Part shown: one piece after another, positions 12,629-24,894 of the stretch | How positions within the stretch are numbered: the first letter of the stretch is position 1 | Layout: each line of letters starts with the position of its first letter | Assembly (NCBI RefSeq): GCF_001194135.2 | Contig: NC_068999.1 | Coordinates: forward strand, 23,544,704 to 23,608,703 | Direction: 5' to 3' | DNA from: Octopus bimaculoides | Lineage: Eukaryota | DNA: 64,000 nucleotides | Translations under genes and position numbers: made by a program | Notes under the pieces: generated by a model | Database searches by the model: none | What the model was told of the DNA's origin: nothing | What the model saw: the letters and a program-made list of their open reading frames with translations, nothing else

Positions 12629-12753
12629 CTGATGCGTGTAGACGAGATGAACAACGACGATGATGATAAAGGTGGTGATGGTGATGATGATATTTTCTTT
12701 TCAACAAGATCTCTATAAAACAACTGACACACATTCCAAATTTTACTTGTCAT
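12629..12753 (-). CDS. Candidate first coding exon of an unidentified gene
   Basis: AAAATG start with an in-frame upstream TAA; reads MTSKIWNVCQLFYRDLVEKKISSSPSPPLSSSSLFISSTRI; donor CAG|GTAATG. No recognisable domain, and a second frame is also open. Confidence 0.3.
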
Positions 12754-13984
12754 TTTATTTGTTCTGTGTTACTTTTCAAGTTATTTCAGGGAAAATTGTT
12801 TTATGTTTGACCATCTCATTTGACCTGTCAGTGTGTTTTAAAACATCAAACATCTGTTCATCCCAGCACTGAATAAATTTACCCCTTCCACGTCGTTTAG
12901 TTAGAAGTAAGCTATAGGAAGTAGTAATGAGGCTTTAAAAACTACAATAGTGCAGTGCTCTGCTCAAGGCCTTAAAATATCGATATCGAAGTGCAAAAAA
13001 CAGTCAAGCTGTTGCCATTGAAACAGTCAACACATTGAAATCACTTCTACCGTGCATTCGATACCAGAAATGTTTTTAATCACTAAAGCAAACCTTTAAT
13101 ATATGCTAACATTGCTGTTTATTTATAAAATTTATGACGTACCCAAGGAAAACACGTCTTCGTGGATTTCCCTAACATATATGGTAAAAAGCTTTCTAAA
13201 TGATGGTTAAAATACGACAAATTACCTACGAAACTTGAGATTGCTTTATAAAACAGGTAAGCTTCTAATGTTAGCTTATTTTATTGTTTTATTGAATTAT
13301 GTACTTGCGAACTTTATATTAACATCAACTTGTTGAATATCGGAAAATTCATATTGAGCTGTCAACAGTTCATTTTTATTTGGTTTCTGTAAATATCCAT
13401 ATCAAACTATTGTGATTTCTTTAGCTTTTCTTGGCATTTTCCATGTTTTACCTTTGATACGGATTAAAGGGTCCACGCATCTATAACTTAGCCGAGGTTT
13501 AGCAAGAAATTGTTTAGTTTTTCAAGTTTTTGTTTGATTGATTGTTTGTTTGTTTTTTATGGCGGGTGTATTCTGTTAGGAGTCGATATTATTACTGTTA
13601 GTTTGCTACGAGGAAATAACATTATGCCATATTCAAACTAAAGGTATTTTATTCAAAAGCTAGACTTCACTTAGTTTATGATCAGAATGCAAAATTTTCA
13701 AAAATATTATGTGACAGTCAGATTCAAAATCTTATTTTAAATGCATTATTACATCATAAATAGAGATAATGCGAAACAAAATCTCATTTATGCTAATACA
13801 AAACACAAAGGAAGAATTACATTTAATACGTGTGTAACTATGCACAATAACGCGAACACTTGTTGATGTTTGCTATTGCATTCATTTTCTCCCTACGTGA
13901 ATTTTTCTTTATTTAATGGATCTGTTCCACTTGGATCTCTCTATTTCTTTTTAACCTTCTCAAAGGAAAACCAGTGGAATATAT

Positions 13985-14210
13985 GAATATTCTTTTCAAC
14001 TCTAGGCATAAGGCCCGAAATTTTTGGGGAGGGGGCCCAGTCGATTAGATCGACCTCAGTACGCAACTGGTACTTAATTTATCCACCCCGAAAGGATGAA
14101 AGGCAAAGTCGACCTCGGAAGAATTTAAACCCAGAACGTAGTGACAGACGAAATACCACTAAGCATTTCGCCCGGCGTGCTAACGTTTCTGCCAGCTCGC
14201 TGCCTTGGAA
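13985..14210 (-). mobile_element. SINE family B with CpGs intact
   Basis: The rc reads GCAGCGAGCTGGCAGAAACGTTAGCACGCCGGGCGAAATG...GGTCGACTTTGCC. Confidence 0.9.
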
Positions 14211-14414
14211 TATATCGCCAAAATAAATATTATTCTCAAAAACATCAGCAATATTTCATTTCTAAATAATCGCATCATGTACTTAGATTCCACTCGTTCC
14301 AAGCTGGTCTGTTTTAGAAAATATAGCCAATTCATTGGATATAACCAGAGTACATGCTAGAATGTTTTGATCTGTGAGTGGCTCTAATGTGACCCTTGTC
14401 CTCTCTGGCGAAGG

Positions 14415-14486
14415 TAAAGAATACGCGCACCACCCGTTTTCTGCGGTTAGGATTGCGCTGAAAACGGGTGGTGTGCGTATTCTTTA
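14415..14486. ncRNA. 72-nt hairpin (pre-miRNA-like, or a collapsed MITE)
   Basis: 27-bp arms at 14415-14441 and 14460-14486: 26 Watson-Crick pairs plus 1 G-U on +, with an 18-nt inner segment. The hairpin is certain; the ncRNA call is not. Confidence 0.3.
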
Positions 14487-15084
14487 TCCCCACCGAAAAC
14501 ATTTCTTTTGTACCATTCGACTTCTCCAAATATCCATTGAAAAGCGTATCCATCCAATAAACTTTTGTTTACGACGACGACAAAAAAAAAATTCTGAAAA
14601 AGAACAATCCCAGCTCTCATCGATTTTATCCATACTGTTAGTATCAATTCCCCCAGTTCCCTTTAACACTGATCTCAACCTATTCACAATAAACGTCTCT
14701 ATGGAAATCACACGCTAGTCAATAAATTATGTCTGCTCTCAAATAAGATGTCAGCAATTCAGAGACATGGATGTTGTTGACCTGTTAAATTACAAATCCA
14801 GGTATTTAATAACAGCATCCGTTTTTCAATTATTCAATATCAACACAGGATAAAACTTAATTCTGTGAAGAAAAGTTTGTTGGATTTCTCTCTCGCTTGT
14901 GTTCTACTAGTATTGTATTATTGATTCAATAAGTAGTAGTGAATTAATAAAAGGTTTGAGGAAGTCCTGCCTAAAACCATGTTTAATATTAATGTGGAAA
15001 AGAAAACTGATGAGTTGGAAAGTTTGGGTCAACTGGGAAAGACTTCAACTGAGATTATCCAAGCAATTAGTAAACAAAAGCTTC

Positions 15085-15480
15085 TAGGCGTGGCTGTGTG
15101 GTAAGAAGTTTGCTTCTCGACTCATGGTTTCGTGTTCAATGCTACCGCGTGGCACTTTGGGCAAGTGTTTCCTACTCTAGCCTTATGTTAACCAAAGACT
15201 TGTGAGTGGGCTTAGTTAATAGAACAGCAATGTTTCGTTGGGGAACGAAACCTTGCCGACAGAAACTGGAAGAAGCCTGTCGCGCGTGTATGTGCGTGTG
15301 TGTTTGCACACCACCGCCGCTTGACAACTGATATTGGTTTGTTTACCGACACGTTACTTTGCCGTTCGGTAAAAGAGACTGATAGAATAAGTATTAGGCT
15401 TAATAGGACTGCGGGCGATTTGTTCTATTAAACCCTTTAAGACGGTGCTCCAGCATGGCTAAAACAAGTAAAAGATTAAA
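15085..15480 (+). mobile_element. SINE family A, diverged but CpG-rich
   Basis: Family A head and tail, with an internal insertion and many CpGs. Confidence 0.8.
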
Positions 15481-16997
15481 AAAATATATATATATGTGAT
15501 ATATAAAACAAACAAGCAAGTTGTGTGACTACCCCAATAGTCGGAAAGAATAACAATTGGATGCCGTCTAAATTTATTTACAAGTTCAGATGCTGTCTTG
15601 ATTTATTTTCAAATTCAGATTCTTATATCAACAACACCTATCCTTCATTTATAAAGTGAGCAGTTTTGAATGGAACTGTCCAATATTTTTGAAAAATACG
15701 CATTTAGACTGTAATTTTCTTTCCTTTTTGTGTGTTTTTTGCCCCCTTTTTTTTATCCCTTGCTAAACAGCCTTAATATTTGCACATTGTGTTAGCTTAA
15801 TAGGGGAGAAAAAAAACGATTTCTCTCTCTAATTTAAACTTAAGGACATGTTTATTGATGTTTTATTCCTCCTCGTACTTTTATTTCCCTTCCCATTACT
15901 TCTGTATTGATCTATTCGGTTAAAATAAATATCCTACATCCTACACTAGGGCAATTTATTCAGTTGACAATTACCTCTGAATCGTGTTGTCCTTTCTATC
16001 ATTTGATAATTTGAATTGCATGTCTCCTTTTAAAAAAAAATGGAAATGGTCTTTCGTTATAAGTACGTAAAATGGTCGAAAAAAGTGAAAGAGAAGTTTC
16101 GAATATTTTGATGTCTTTCACTTACAGATATTGCGATTATAATACAAATTTATTGATAAACTAAAAGGCTATTGCAACCGAAATCGCGTATATATTATGA
16201 ATATTACACAAGCGCGCATATATGCATATGTGCTAAGGAAAACATACACTTTACCTGATGTTTTGACAGATTCCGAATAATTTATTTGTAAAGCATTTTT
16301 GTNNNNNNNNNNNNNNNNNNNNNNNNNNNNNNNNNNNNNNNNNNNNNNNNNNNNNNNNNNNNNNNNNNNNNNNNNNNNNNNNNNNNNNNNNNNNNNNNNN
16401 NNNNNNNNNNNNNNNNNNNNNNNNNNNNNNNNNNNNNNNNNNNNNNNNNNNNNNNNNNNNNNNNNNNNNNNNNNNNNNNNNNNNNNNNNNNNNNNNNNNN
16501 NNNNNNNNNNNNNNNNNNNNNNNNNNNNNNNNNNNNNNNNNNNNNNNNNNNNNNNNNNNNNNNNNNNNNNNNNNNNNNNNNNNNNNNNNNNNNNNNNNNN
16601 NNNNNNNNNNNNNNNNNNNNNNNNNNNNNNNNNNNNNNNNNNNNNNNNNNNNNNNNNNNNNNNNNNNNNNNNNNNNNNNNNNNNNNNNNNNNNNNNNNNN
16701 NNNNNNNNNNNNNNNNNNNNNNNNNNNNNNNNNNNNNNNNNNNNNNNNNNNNNNNNNNNNNNNNNNNNNNNNNNNNNNNNNNNNNNNNNNNNNNNNNNNN
16801 NNNNNNNNNNNNNNNNNNNNNNNNNNNNNNNNNNNNNNNNNNNNNNNNNNNNNNNNNNNNNNNNNNNNNNNNNNNNNNNNNNNNNNNNNNNNNNNNNNNN
16901 NNNNNNNNNNNNNNNNNNNNNNNNNNNNNNNNNNNNNNNNNNNNNNNNNNNNNNNNNNNNNNNNNNNNNNNNNNNNNNNNNNNNNNNNNNNNNNNNN

Positions 16998-17580
16998 CCG
17001 AAGCGCCTCTGATGTGCAAATCGATTGTCGGAACTGGGTGTAGGGGTGAAAGACCAATCGAGCTGTCTAGTAGCTGGTTCCCACCAAAGTTTGCCTCAGG
17101 ATAGCTGGCGCCAGCAGGAGAACGACACACAATTCCGTCCGGTAAAGCAAACAACTGGAGGCCCCTGGGACGTTGACAGCTTCGATCTACTCTTGAACTC
17201 AGAACGGGCAAAATGGGCCGCTCATCTCCCAATCGGAGGCGGCTGTATATCACAGCCATTATGACACGACGAATGCACGGTACCAAGTGGGCCACTTATG
17301 ATAAGTAGACCTGGTGATGTGGGATGAACCGAACATCCGGCTAAGGTGCCCTACGCTTCACACATTAGATCCCTGAAAGGGTTTCAGTTGATATAGACAG
17401 CAAGCCGGTGACCACAGAAGTCAGAATCCGCTCAGGAGTGTAACAACTTACCTGCCGAATCGACCAGCCTCCAAGATAGATGGTGCTGGAGCAAGCAACC
17501 GATGACAGACTGGCCAGGTGACAAGTTGCGCAATCGCCGGCGAGGCAACCTTCCGATGCCCGATCGAGTAGGAAGGCGCC
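16998..17580 (+). pseudogene. Degenerate 28S (LSU) rRNA fragment
   Basis: Matches conserved LSU blocks: GTGCAAATCG, TAGGGGTGAAAGACCAATCG, CTAGTAGCTGGTTCCC, CTCAGGATAGCTGG, CAGGAGTGTAACAACTTACCTGCCGAATC and GAGTAGGA, with substitutions in normally invariant positions. No flanking rDNA. Confidence 0.9.
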
Positions 17581-18560
17581 GTGTATTTTGAAAAAAAAAT
17601 TCTGGAGAAAATAAAAATAGGGTGGGGAAGGTTAGTTTCAAAATGCTGATCTTTGCCAATTTTTTTGTAGATTTGTATTCTCCGTAGCTGAAAACGGGGG
17701 TTCGTGTAGAAAAAAAAATCTAAGAAAGTGGGGTTTTGGTGGGGTGGGGTACAAAAGGAAGTCTTGCCTGATTTTGTTATTCATTTGTTCCAGAAAAATT
17801 TTAGAAAAATGTTAGAAAGGTTTAAACTTTGATCATTTCTTCCCAATCAGAAAATGGAATTCAGAAGCTGACATTTTCTGCGTGATAGTTGTCTATCACA
17901 ACATTACTGACAACAAATTTTATTAAGCAAAATGAAAGAAATATATTACAATGACGGTAATTGTAAGAGGTTTTGAAGTTTTAATAAGTTGAAATGAATG
18001 AAGTCACGTGGGGTCTTTTCTGTTGCTGTCACAGTTTAAAAAATTTTAATATTAAGTGAAAGATTACAAATTTGCTACATTAATGTAATTTTTGATGTTG
18101 AACCAAATTTTGTTATTCACTTGTTCCAGAAAAATTTTATAAAAATTTTTTCTTAGAATATGTTGCCAATTGATTAACCCCAGGTCATCCACTGGTCGGT
18201 CTGACCTTAAACACCATCCCTAAACCCTAATTCTAGCACTGATGCTAACCTTTCATTTTTTAAATATTGTTCCATTTGTTTTTAAAGTTGGTGTACTGGT
18301 GTAGTTTTGTAGGCTAATTATGGAAATGAAATTCATTTTTGTGACAAATTAATAAATAAAAAGTTAATAGCTTTTAAAGTTTGCAAATTTTAGGTAATTT
18401 TAACCAATCGAAAATCACACACATTGGTGCCTGTTTCCATTGTAACAAGCCAAGGTTTTGACTACTTAAAACTACTTAGGTGAAACTCTAAAAACTCAAG
18501 TTACTATGGCTAAACTTACATTAAATAAAGACTTAAGTGAGTGGGTTATCAAAATCATTT
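17581..18560. repeat. Unclassified repeat or probable DNA-element remnant
   Basis: Abrupt change in composition after the 28S fragment; internal direct repeat TTTTGTTATTCAyTTGTTCCAGAAAAATTTTA at about 17772 and 18108. Confidence 0.35.
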
Positions 18561-19249
18561 GAACATTATTGAAAATAACTAAAAGTATTTATTTATGACA
18601 TACTACATACTGAAGTCAATATATATTCTTATAATGCATACTAGCTACGAATAGAAGTAGGGGAAAATATATGCCATAAAATGTACTTATTTAATTATAG
18701 TGTTTATTTCTAAGTAGATTAAGTCTTCTGGTATGTATTGATGTTGCATAGCTGTTGTGCTTTTGACAGTCAAATGAAGACATGTTCAAGAGAGAGAGAG
18801 AGTGCTAGAAGCGTTCAAGATGCAATGATCCATACTCTCTCACATAGCCACATAAGATATTCTGATACTGGCCAATATGAAAATAATAGTGATATCTTTG
18901 GTATGGATGACTTTATTCCTACCCAATATATTATGATATCATATACTAATGTACCAATGCAGCCTTCGTTACAATAAATGAATGAATGTACAAAGTTAAT
19001 TTCCGTAAGTTTATATTATTATTGCCTTCAAATAAAGCCCAATAAAGCCCAATGTAGTCTCTATAATTATCTATAACCTGCAGTGAATTAGTACATTAGT
19101 AATTATTTTTCTTTCATATTGTATTATTATGAAAATGAGTTGTGTCAGTTACAAGTTTTATTTTACAATTTGATTAATAATTTTTGGTCTTTATCTCAAG
19201 CTGTTGGCCTTCAATAGGCCCAATTTTAGTGATATTAGATATGTTCATA

Positions 19250-19420
19250 TGTGGCTAGCTGGCAGAATCGTTAGCATGCCAGGTAAAATGCTTAGCAGCA
19301 TTTTCTCTGTCTTCATGGTCTGGGTTCAAACACCACCGAGGTTGACTTTACCTTTCATCATTTCAGGGTTGAAAAAACTGGGGTCGATGTAATCAACTCA
19401 GCCTCTGCCAAAATTTAAAA
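19250..19420 (+). mobile_element. SINE family B
   Basis: GCTAGCTGGCAGAATCGTTAGC head and family B body. Confidence 0.8.
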
Positions 19421-19449
19421 ATCGATATTAAATACATTGGATAAATTCT

Positions 19450-19916
19450 GGAATCCATTTTCAACATCTCAGATATCTCTGTTAATTTCTTTGGTATCTC
19501 TGTTTCAAACAACACTCTCCCACCTCTCTCCCTCCATCTTTTATAAACCAACCAACTTCCCTGATTGCCACAATTTTTCTTCTTCCTTTCCCATTCACAC
19601 CAACAACTCTACCCCTTGCCTCTGTCAGTTCCTGCTTTTCCATTTACCCTTGAAGCAGAGATTCTGGCTTCAAACCAAGTTGCTTCAAATACCCACCTGT
19701 AATGAACCTGTAATGAACCCACCAACCTGTAATGAACCCAACACCAAGTCTGAGCTATCAACAGCAATCATTGTCTCAGTGTCCCACCATCACCACCACT
19801 TGACTGCATTTCCTTACCCTCATCTTCAACTTCACTACACCCTCCTCTGCAACTTCCACCTTCTACACCCTGACCCTGCCATTGTCCTAGCTTCCTTGAA
19901 CCTCCACTCCTCTCCT
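19450..19916 (+). mobile_element. Penelope-like element, RT C-terminal (thumb) fragment
   Basis: ORF 19437-19979 has FYKPTNF...NFSSSFPIHTNNSTP..QFL and NFHLLHPDP, matching the PLE YKPT..H.Y..FSSxHPxHTKxSIPxSQFL and NFxLLxxDP patterns. Confidence 0.65.
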
Positions 19917-20143
19917 TTAACCCCCCCCCTTTTTTGTAACCATATTTCTGTTGAAATACACTGCCTTTGTTTCAATTAATTTTGAAAATAATGAATAATT
20001 TATTAAGATCACTTTGTCATTATTTGGACCAAAAATTAACATGAAATTTTAGTGGAAAGTTTTAATTTATATCACTTTAAAAAAGGAAGTTTGCATCATA
20101 GGATCAAGGGAAGTTTTTGACAGGTTGGTATCAAAATGGTTAA
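19917..20143 (-). mobile_element. piggyBac-type MITE
   Basis: TTAA at 19917-19920 and 20140-20143; homologous to 33618-33956. Confidence 0.7.
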
Positions 20144-20279
20144 ATGTGACTGGTGTGTTGGGGGATAAACTGCTCTTGGAAATAAAATCATTCTTATAAT
20201 GTGTGAAAACTGGAGTGCTCACTCAGAGGAAACTCAGGACAACCAACTACTGGAACTGCAATATATGTATTTCCTTCAT

Positions 20280-20500
20280 CCATCACTATCATAATTTAAT
20301 GTCCACATTTCCATGCTTGCATGGGTCAGATGAAATATATTGGAACAGAAATATATTGGATGCCCTTCCTGTTGTCAAATCTCACCTGTTTCGAAGCAAG
20401 TTAATATTTCCCCCTAGCTAGATATCTTTTTACATGGAAACTATAAATAAAAACCCTTGCTTGTGTGACAATGATTCTTATCTACAACTATCATGTGATG
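20280..20500 (-). mobile_element. Second RTE-like 3' tail family
   Basis: TTTCCATGCTTGCATGGGTCAGA...CTCACCTGTTT.AAGCAAG.TAATATT; homologues near 29810-30030, 50220-50350, 50660-50900, 57840-58050 and 59030-59210. Confidence 0.6.
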
Positions 20501-20534
20501 TCTAGACAATGGTACACACACACACACACACATG

Positions 20535-21090
20535 CACAAACACACACACATCATCATTTAGTGTCTGCTTTCCATGCTGGCATGGTTTGACTGGAACTAG
20601 CATGCTGGAGAGATGCACCAAGTTGCAGTCTGGTTTGGCATGGTTTCTATGGCTGGATGCCCTTCCTAATGCCAACCACTCCAAGAGTGTAATGGATGTT
20701 TCTAATGTGCCACCAGCATGGGTGCTTTTATGTGCCACTGGCATGGGTACCAGTCATATGGCACTGGCATCGGCCATGACTACGATTTCACATGGTTTTA
20801 CAAGTCTTCTGAAGCACAGCATATCGCCATAGGTCTCAATCACTTGTCATCACCGCCATGAGGCCCAGCATTCAAAGATCATGCTTCACCACTTTGTCGC
20901 ATGTCTTCCTGGATATACCACTAACACAGGTTTCCTCCACAGTTAGAGATTAGCACTTTTTTTACACAGCTATCTTCATCCATATGCATCACATGGCCAT
21001 ACCAGTGCAATCATCTCTTGTGCACACTACATCTAATTCCTCTTATGCCTAACTTTTCTCTGAAGATGCTCATACTCCATCATACATGCA
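20535..21090 (-). mobile_element. RTE LINE 3' end: ORF terminus and 3' UTR
   Basis: The rc reads ...RKTCDKVVKHDL*MLGLMAVMTSD*DLWRYAVLQKT, followed by the shared 3' UTR and (GAT)n. Confidence 0.75.
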
Positions 21091-21307
21091 CACTGTCATG
21101 TAGCATGGCTGTTTGCACACATATATATTATGTGTGTGTGTCAAAATCATCATCGTTTCATGTCGGCTTTCCATACTGGCATGGGCTGGATGGTCTGATA
21201 GGAGCTGGCAAATCAAAGAGCTGCACCAGGCACCAATTATCTGTTTTGGCATGGTTTCTACAGCTGGATGCCCTTCCTGATGTCAATTACTTTACAGAGT
21301 GTATGTA

Positions 21308-21350
<43 letters not shown>

Positions 21351-21364
21351 ACATATATTTATAT

Positions 21365-21443
<79 letters not shown>

Positions 21444-21489
21444 TATATAAATATGTAAATATGATATAAAACAATGGAAACAATCAAAA

Positions 21490-23335
21490 GATCACTTTGC
21501 AGCTGTGTTGAACTTTACCTCAGTCACTAATGATGATGTCATAATGCCTGTTCTACAGCACACTCTAATACCGGGACTGTCTCTGGAGTCAACCTTCCTG
21601 GAAGTGGTAAACTCTATTAAACAGATCTCTTCTGGTAAAGCAGCTGGCAGGAATGCTATTCCTCCTGAAATTTACAAACATAGTGGACAGAAGCTTTATA
21701 AGAAACTGCATAACCTCTTCATAAACATCTGGAAGTTAGGCTGTGTACCACAGGACTTCAAGGATGCCTGAATTCAACATTTGTATAAGAACAAAGGAAA
21801 CAAGTGTCTATGATAATCATCATGGAATATCACTTCTGTCTATTGTTGGCAAGATTCTTGCTCGACTCATTCTTGACAGGATCATCAAACATGTAAATAA
21901 TATCTATCCAGAATCATAGTGTGGGTTTCGCTCTGGTCGTGGCACTATCAACTTAATCTTTTCCCACTGGCAGGTCATGGAGAAGGTACATGAGAAAAAA
22001 ATCAAGAGTTGTTCTTGATATTTGTTGACCTTACTGAGGCCTTCGATACTGTTAGCCAGCTCAGTATACCTGACAAGATATTGAATGTTGTCATCTCCTT
22101 TCATGAGGGAATGAAGGCGGCTGCTGTCGTGTCCAGTAGGGAATCTTTGGCTTCCTTCAACATTACAAATGGCACAAAGCAAGATTGTGTTGTGTCTCCT
22201 GTTTTGTTTGCACTCTTTTCAGTGATACTGAAGTATGCTTTTGGCGACATACAAAGTGGTGTCAAATTCCAGTTTCGAACAAGTGGTGGACTATTCAATC
22301 ATCAGCATTTCAAAACCAGAATACTGCTACGTACCAGCATCATTTGTGATCTACGTTTTGCAGATGATACTGCTCTAGTAGCGACCTCTTTAGAGGAAGC
22401 TCAGAAACATCTAGACCAGCTTTCTGCTGCATGTAAAGCCTTTGGTTTGACCATCGGCATAAAGAAGACAGAAGTAATCCACCAAACTTGTGCCCTACTC
22501 CTAAACAAATATGAGGTGTCAAGCAGAGTCCACCGGTTCACAATTATCCTTGATGGGAAAGGCCTATATTAAGTGAAGTCATTTGCATATCTTGGTAGCA
22601 AAAGTGAATTTGAGTGCTTCTCTTGATGAAGAAATCGTCAGCCATCTTGCAAAGGCAACCAACACTTTTGGCAAACTCCATCATCGCCTATGGGATGAAA
22701 GGGGCATCAAACTTGACACCAAAGTACAGGTCTATAAAGCAGCCATTCTTACTACTCTCTTGTATGGCTCAGAATCATGGATACCCTATAGACGACACAG
22801 TAATCAACTAGACATCTTTCACAAAAACTGTTTGAGGACAATCTGCAGTTATTCACTAAAAGACAAAGTTTCTAATGCCAACTTGTTTAGCAAGTGTGAG
22901 ATTGGTGGAATTGAAAGCTTCCTAATACAATCACAATTGCACTGGGCTGGCCTTGTGATCAGAATGAGTGACAAAAGAATACCCAGTCTTCATGCACAGC
23001 CAGCTTGAGAGTAAGCAGAGGAATATTGGTCAACCATGGCTCAGATATAAGGAAAAGCTGAAGAGTGACCTGTTAGAGATGAAGGTAGCTCACAACACCT
23101 TTGAGTAAACAGCCTTGGTACAAACAAATTGGAGATCGTTGTGTCTAAATGGTATTAAAAACTTTGTTGCAACCAGCATTGACATGATTCAGGGTACAAG
23201 GCAAAGGAGAAAAGCAGCTGCAAATATACCACCTGCACTGACCTGTAATCCTCATACTTACAACATCTGTGACCTTCTTTGCAAATCATTGGCAGGACAT
23301 AGATGTCACATTCGACATAAGCATTATGAGTGACA
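21490..23335 (+). mobile_element. 5'-truncated RTE (BovB-like) LINE with frameshifted reverse transcriptase
   Basis: Ordered motifs KQISSGKAAG..IPPEIYK, CGFRSGRGT, FVDLTEAFDTV, LRFADD, LLYGSESW, QLHWAGLVIRMSDKRIP and a C-terminal CxxC-x-H remnant; several stops and frameshifts. Confidence 0.92.
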
Positions 23336-23739
23336 AAGAAAGAGTACGTTGTCAGAGCCTCATATGTCGAAACCGATGGGAGAGTCCATCACAAACACAT
23401 ACACACACATGCACATATATGTATATAAATATATATATGTATATGACAGACTTCTTTCAGTTTTCATCTACCAAATCTACTCACAAGGCTTTGGACAGCC
23501 CAGGGTTATAGTAGAAGACATTTGCCCAAGCTGCCATGTTGTGGGACTGAAACCAAAGATGACATAGTTGGAAAGCAAGTTTCTCAATCTCGCAGCAATG
23601 CCTTCATCTATTGCAGTGATATAGAAATAATGTGAAGAGTTGCAATGAGCCCCAGCCTATATAATATTGAATAGCTGTACTCATCACAGCCTTGGGAATC
23701 ACAATCATTCTCATATCAGCCTCTCAGGACCCACTAATT

Positions 23740-24240
23740 TTCTCAAATCATCATTATCATCGTTTAACTTTCACCTTCTATTCTGGCATGGGTTGGATGG
23801 TTTCACAGGAGCCAGCCAGACAGAAGACTACCCCAGGCTACTGTGTCTGTTTTGGCATGGTTTTTACGGCTGTATGCCCTTCCTAACACCAACCATCCCG
23901 TAGAGTGGAACTGAGTGCTTTTTATGTGACATCCTTCCAAATGCCAGTCACTTCATAGTGTGGACTGGATGCTTTTTACATGGCACCAGCATTGGCACGG
24001 TCACCAATTAACTTGCAAGACAAGGAATTTTAAGAGGGGAGGGGGTATTGGAGGAAGTGATCTTGTGTCAGATGATGAAAGGTTAGAGTGTGACAGAGAG
24101 GCAGAAACAGATGTCTTGCTATAGAGGAGGTACATGTTTACCTGGCCAGAGAGAAAGAGAGGAGAGGGAGGGGAGAGGAGAGAGTAAGTGAGAAGAAAAG
24201 AGGTAACAAGAAAGGATAGAAACAGGTGTGCTGGTTATGA
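23740..24240 (-). mobile_element. Non-coding retroelement: RTE 3' tail joined to a pyrimidine-rich body
   Basis: Tail at 23740-23995, then body TCACCAA.TAACTTGCAAGACAAG..., homologous to 36690-36830 and 40130-40255. Confidence 0.6.
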
Positions 24241-24679
24241 AAGAGGTACACAAACTTTTTCTGATGTGTGTGTGTGTGTGTGTGTGTGTGTGTCTAAGTG
24301 AAATTACAAGAGATGAAAATTCTACTCTTGTGCCAAATAGTATACTGTTGCAAATAATGTGTAAAAAATCGAAAATTCAGATTATGAGTTTCGTGGACAA
24401 GTAAATAATTAAAAATACATGCAATTAGTTAATTTAACACAAAATAGAAAGCTCTAAGTTTAATAATAAATCTCTCCCTGTCCATACAGAAACAGGTATT
24501 CCACTTGTAGCAATATGTAAGAGAGATTTGCTGCAAGGAAATGGTGAACAGTCAACAACTTGGAGAAGAAGGAGGAGATGTTGTTTAGCCACAGGTCAAA
24601 ACTGATTGACCATGCCTATGATCAAAAAGTTTCTAGCCATGTAACAATCCTTCTTTCTCTGTCTTTGACTGCTTTATCT

Positions 24680-24892
24680 TTTATTTTTTACTTGTTTCAG
24701 TCATTAGACTGAGGCCATGCTGGGGCATTGCTTTGAAGAATTTATAGTCAAATGTAGCGACCCCAGTACTTATTTTTTAAAGCCAGGTACTTATTCTGTC
24801 AGTCTCTTTTGCCAAGCTGCTAAGTTACAGGGATGTAAACATACCACCATTGGTTGTCAAGTGGTGGTGGGGGACAAACACATACACACACA
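24680..24892 (-). mobile_element. SINE family A 3' half, ending at a mariner insertion in its (CA)n tract
   Basis: The rc family A tail runs up to CACACATA, where the mariner TIR starts. Confidence 0.75.
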
Positions 24893-24894
24893 TA

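Larger units (their letters stand above)
12150..16302. promoter_or_regulatory. CpG-retaining domain, candidate promoter or 5' gene region (possibly bidirectional)
   Basis: CpG is visibly frequent in unique sequence and in the embedded SINEs, unlike the flanks. Strong donors on + (AACAG|GTAAGC, 13256/13257) and on - (12629/12628, 16255/16254, 16127/16126). Confidence 0.5.

Noticed and set aside
14332-14718. Four overlapping ORFs of 66-114 aa around the hairpin
   Set aside because: No recognisable domain. Openness is explained by higher GC and the inverted repeat, and I could not build a consistent spliced model.
16998-17580. Functional 28S rRNA gene
   Set aside because: Partial, mutated in conserved blocks, and not in an rDNA unit.
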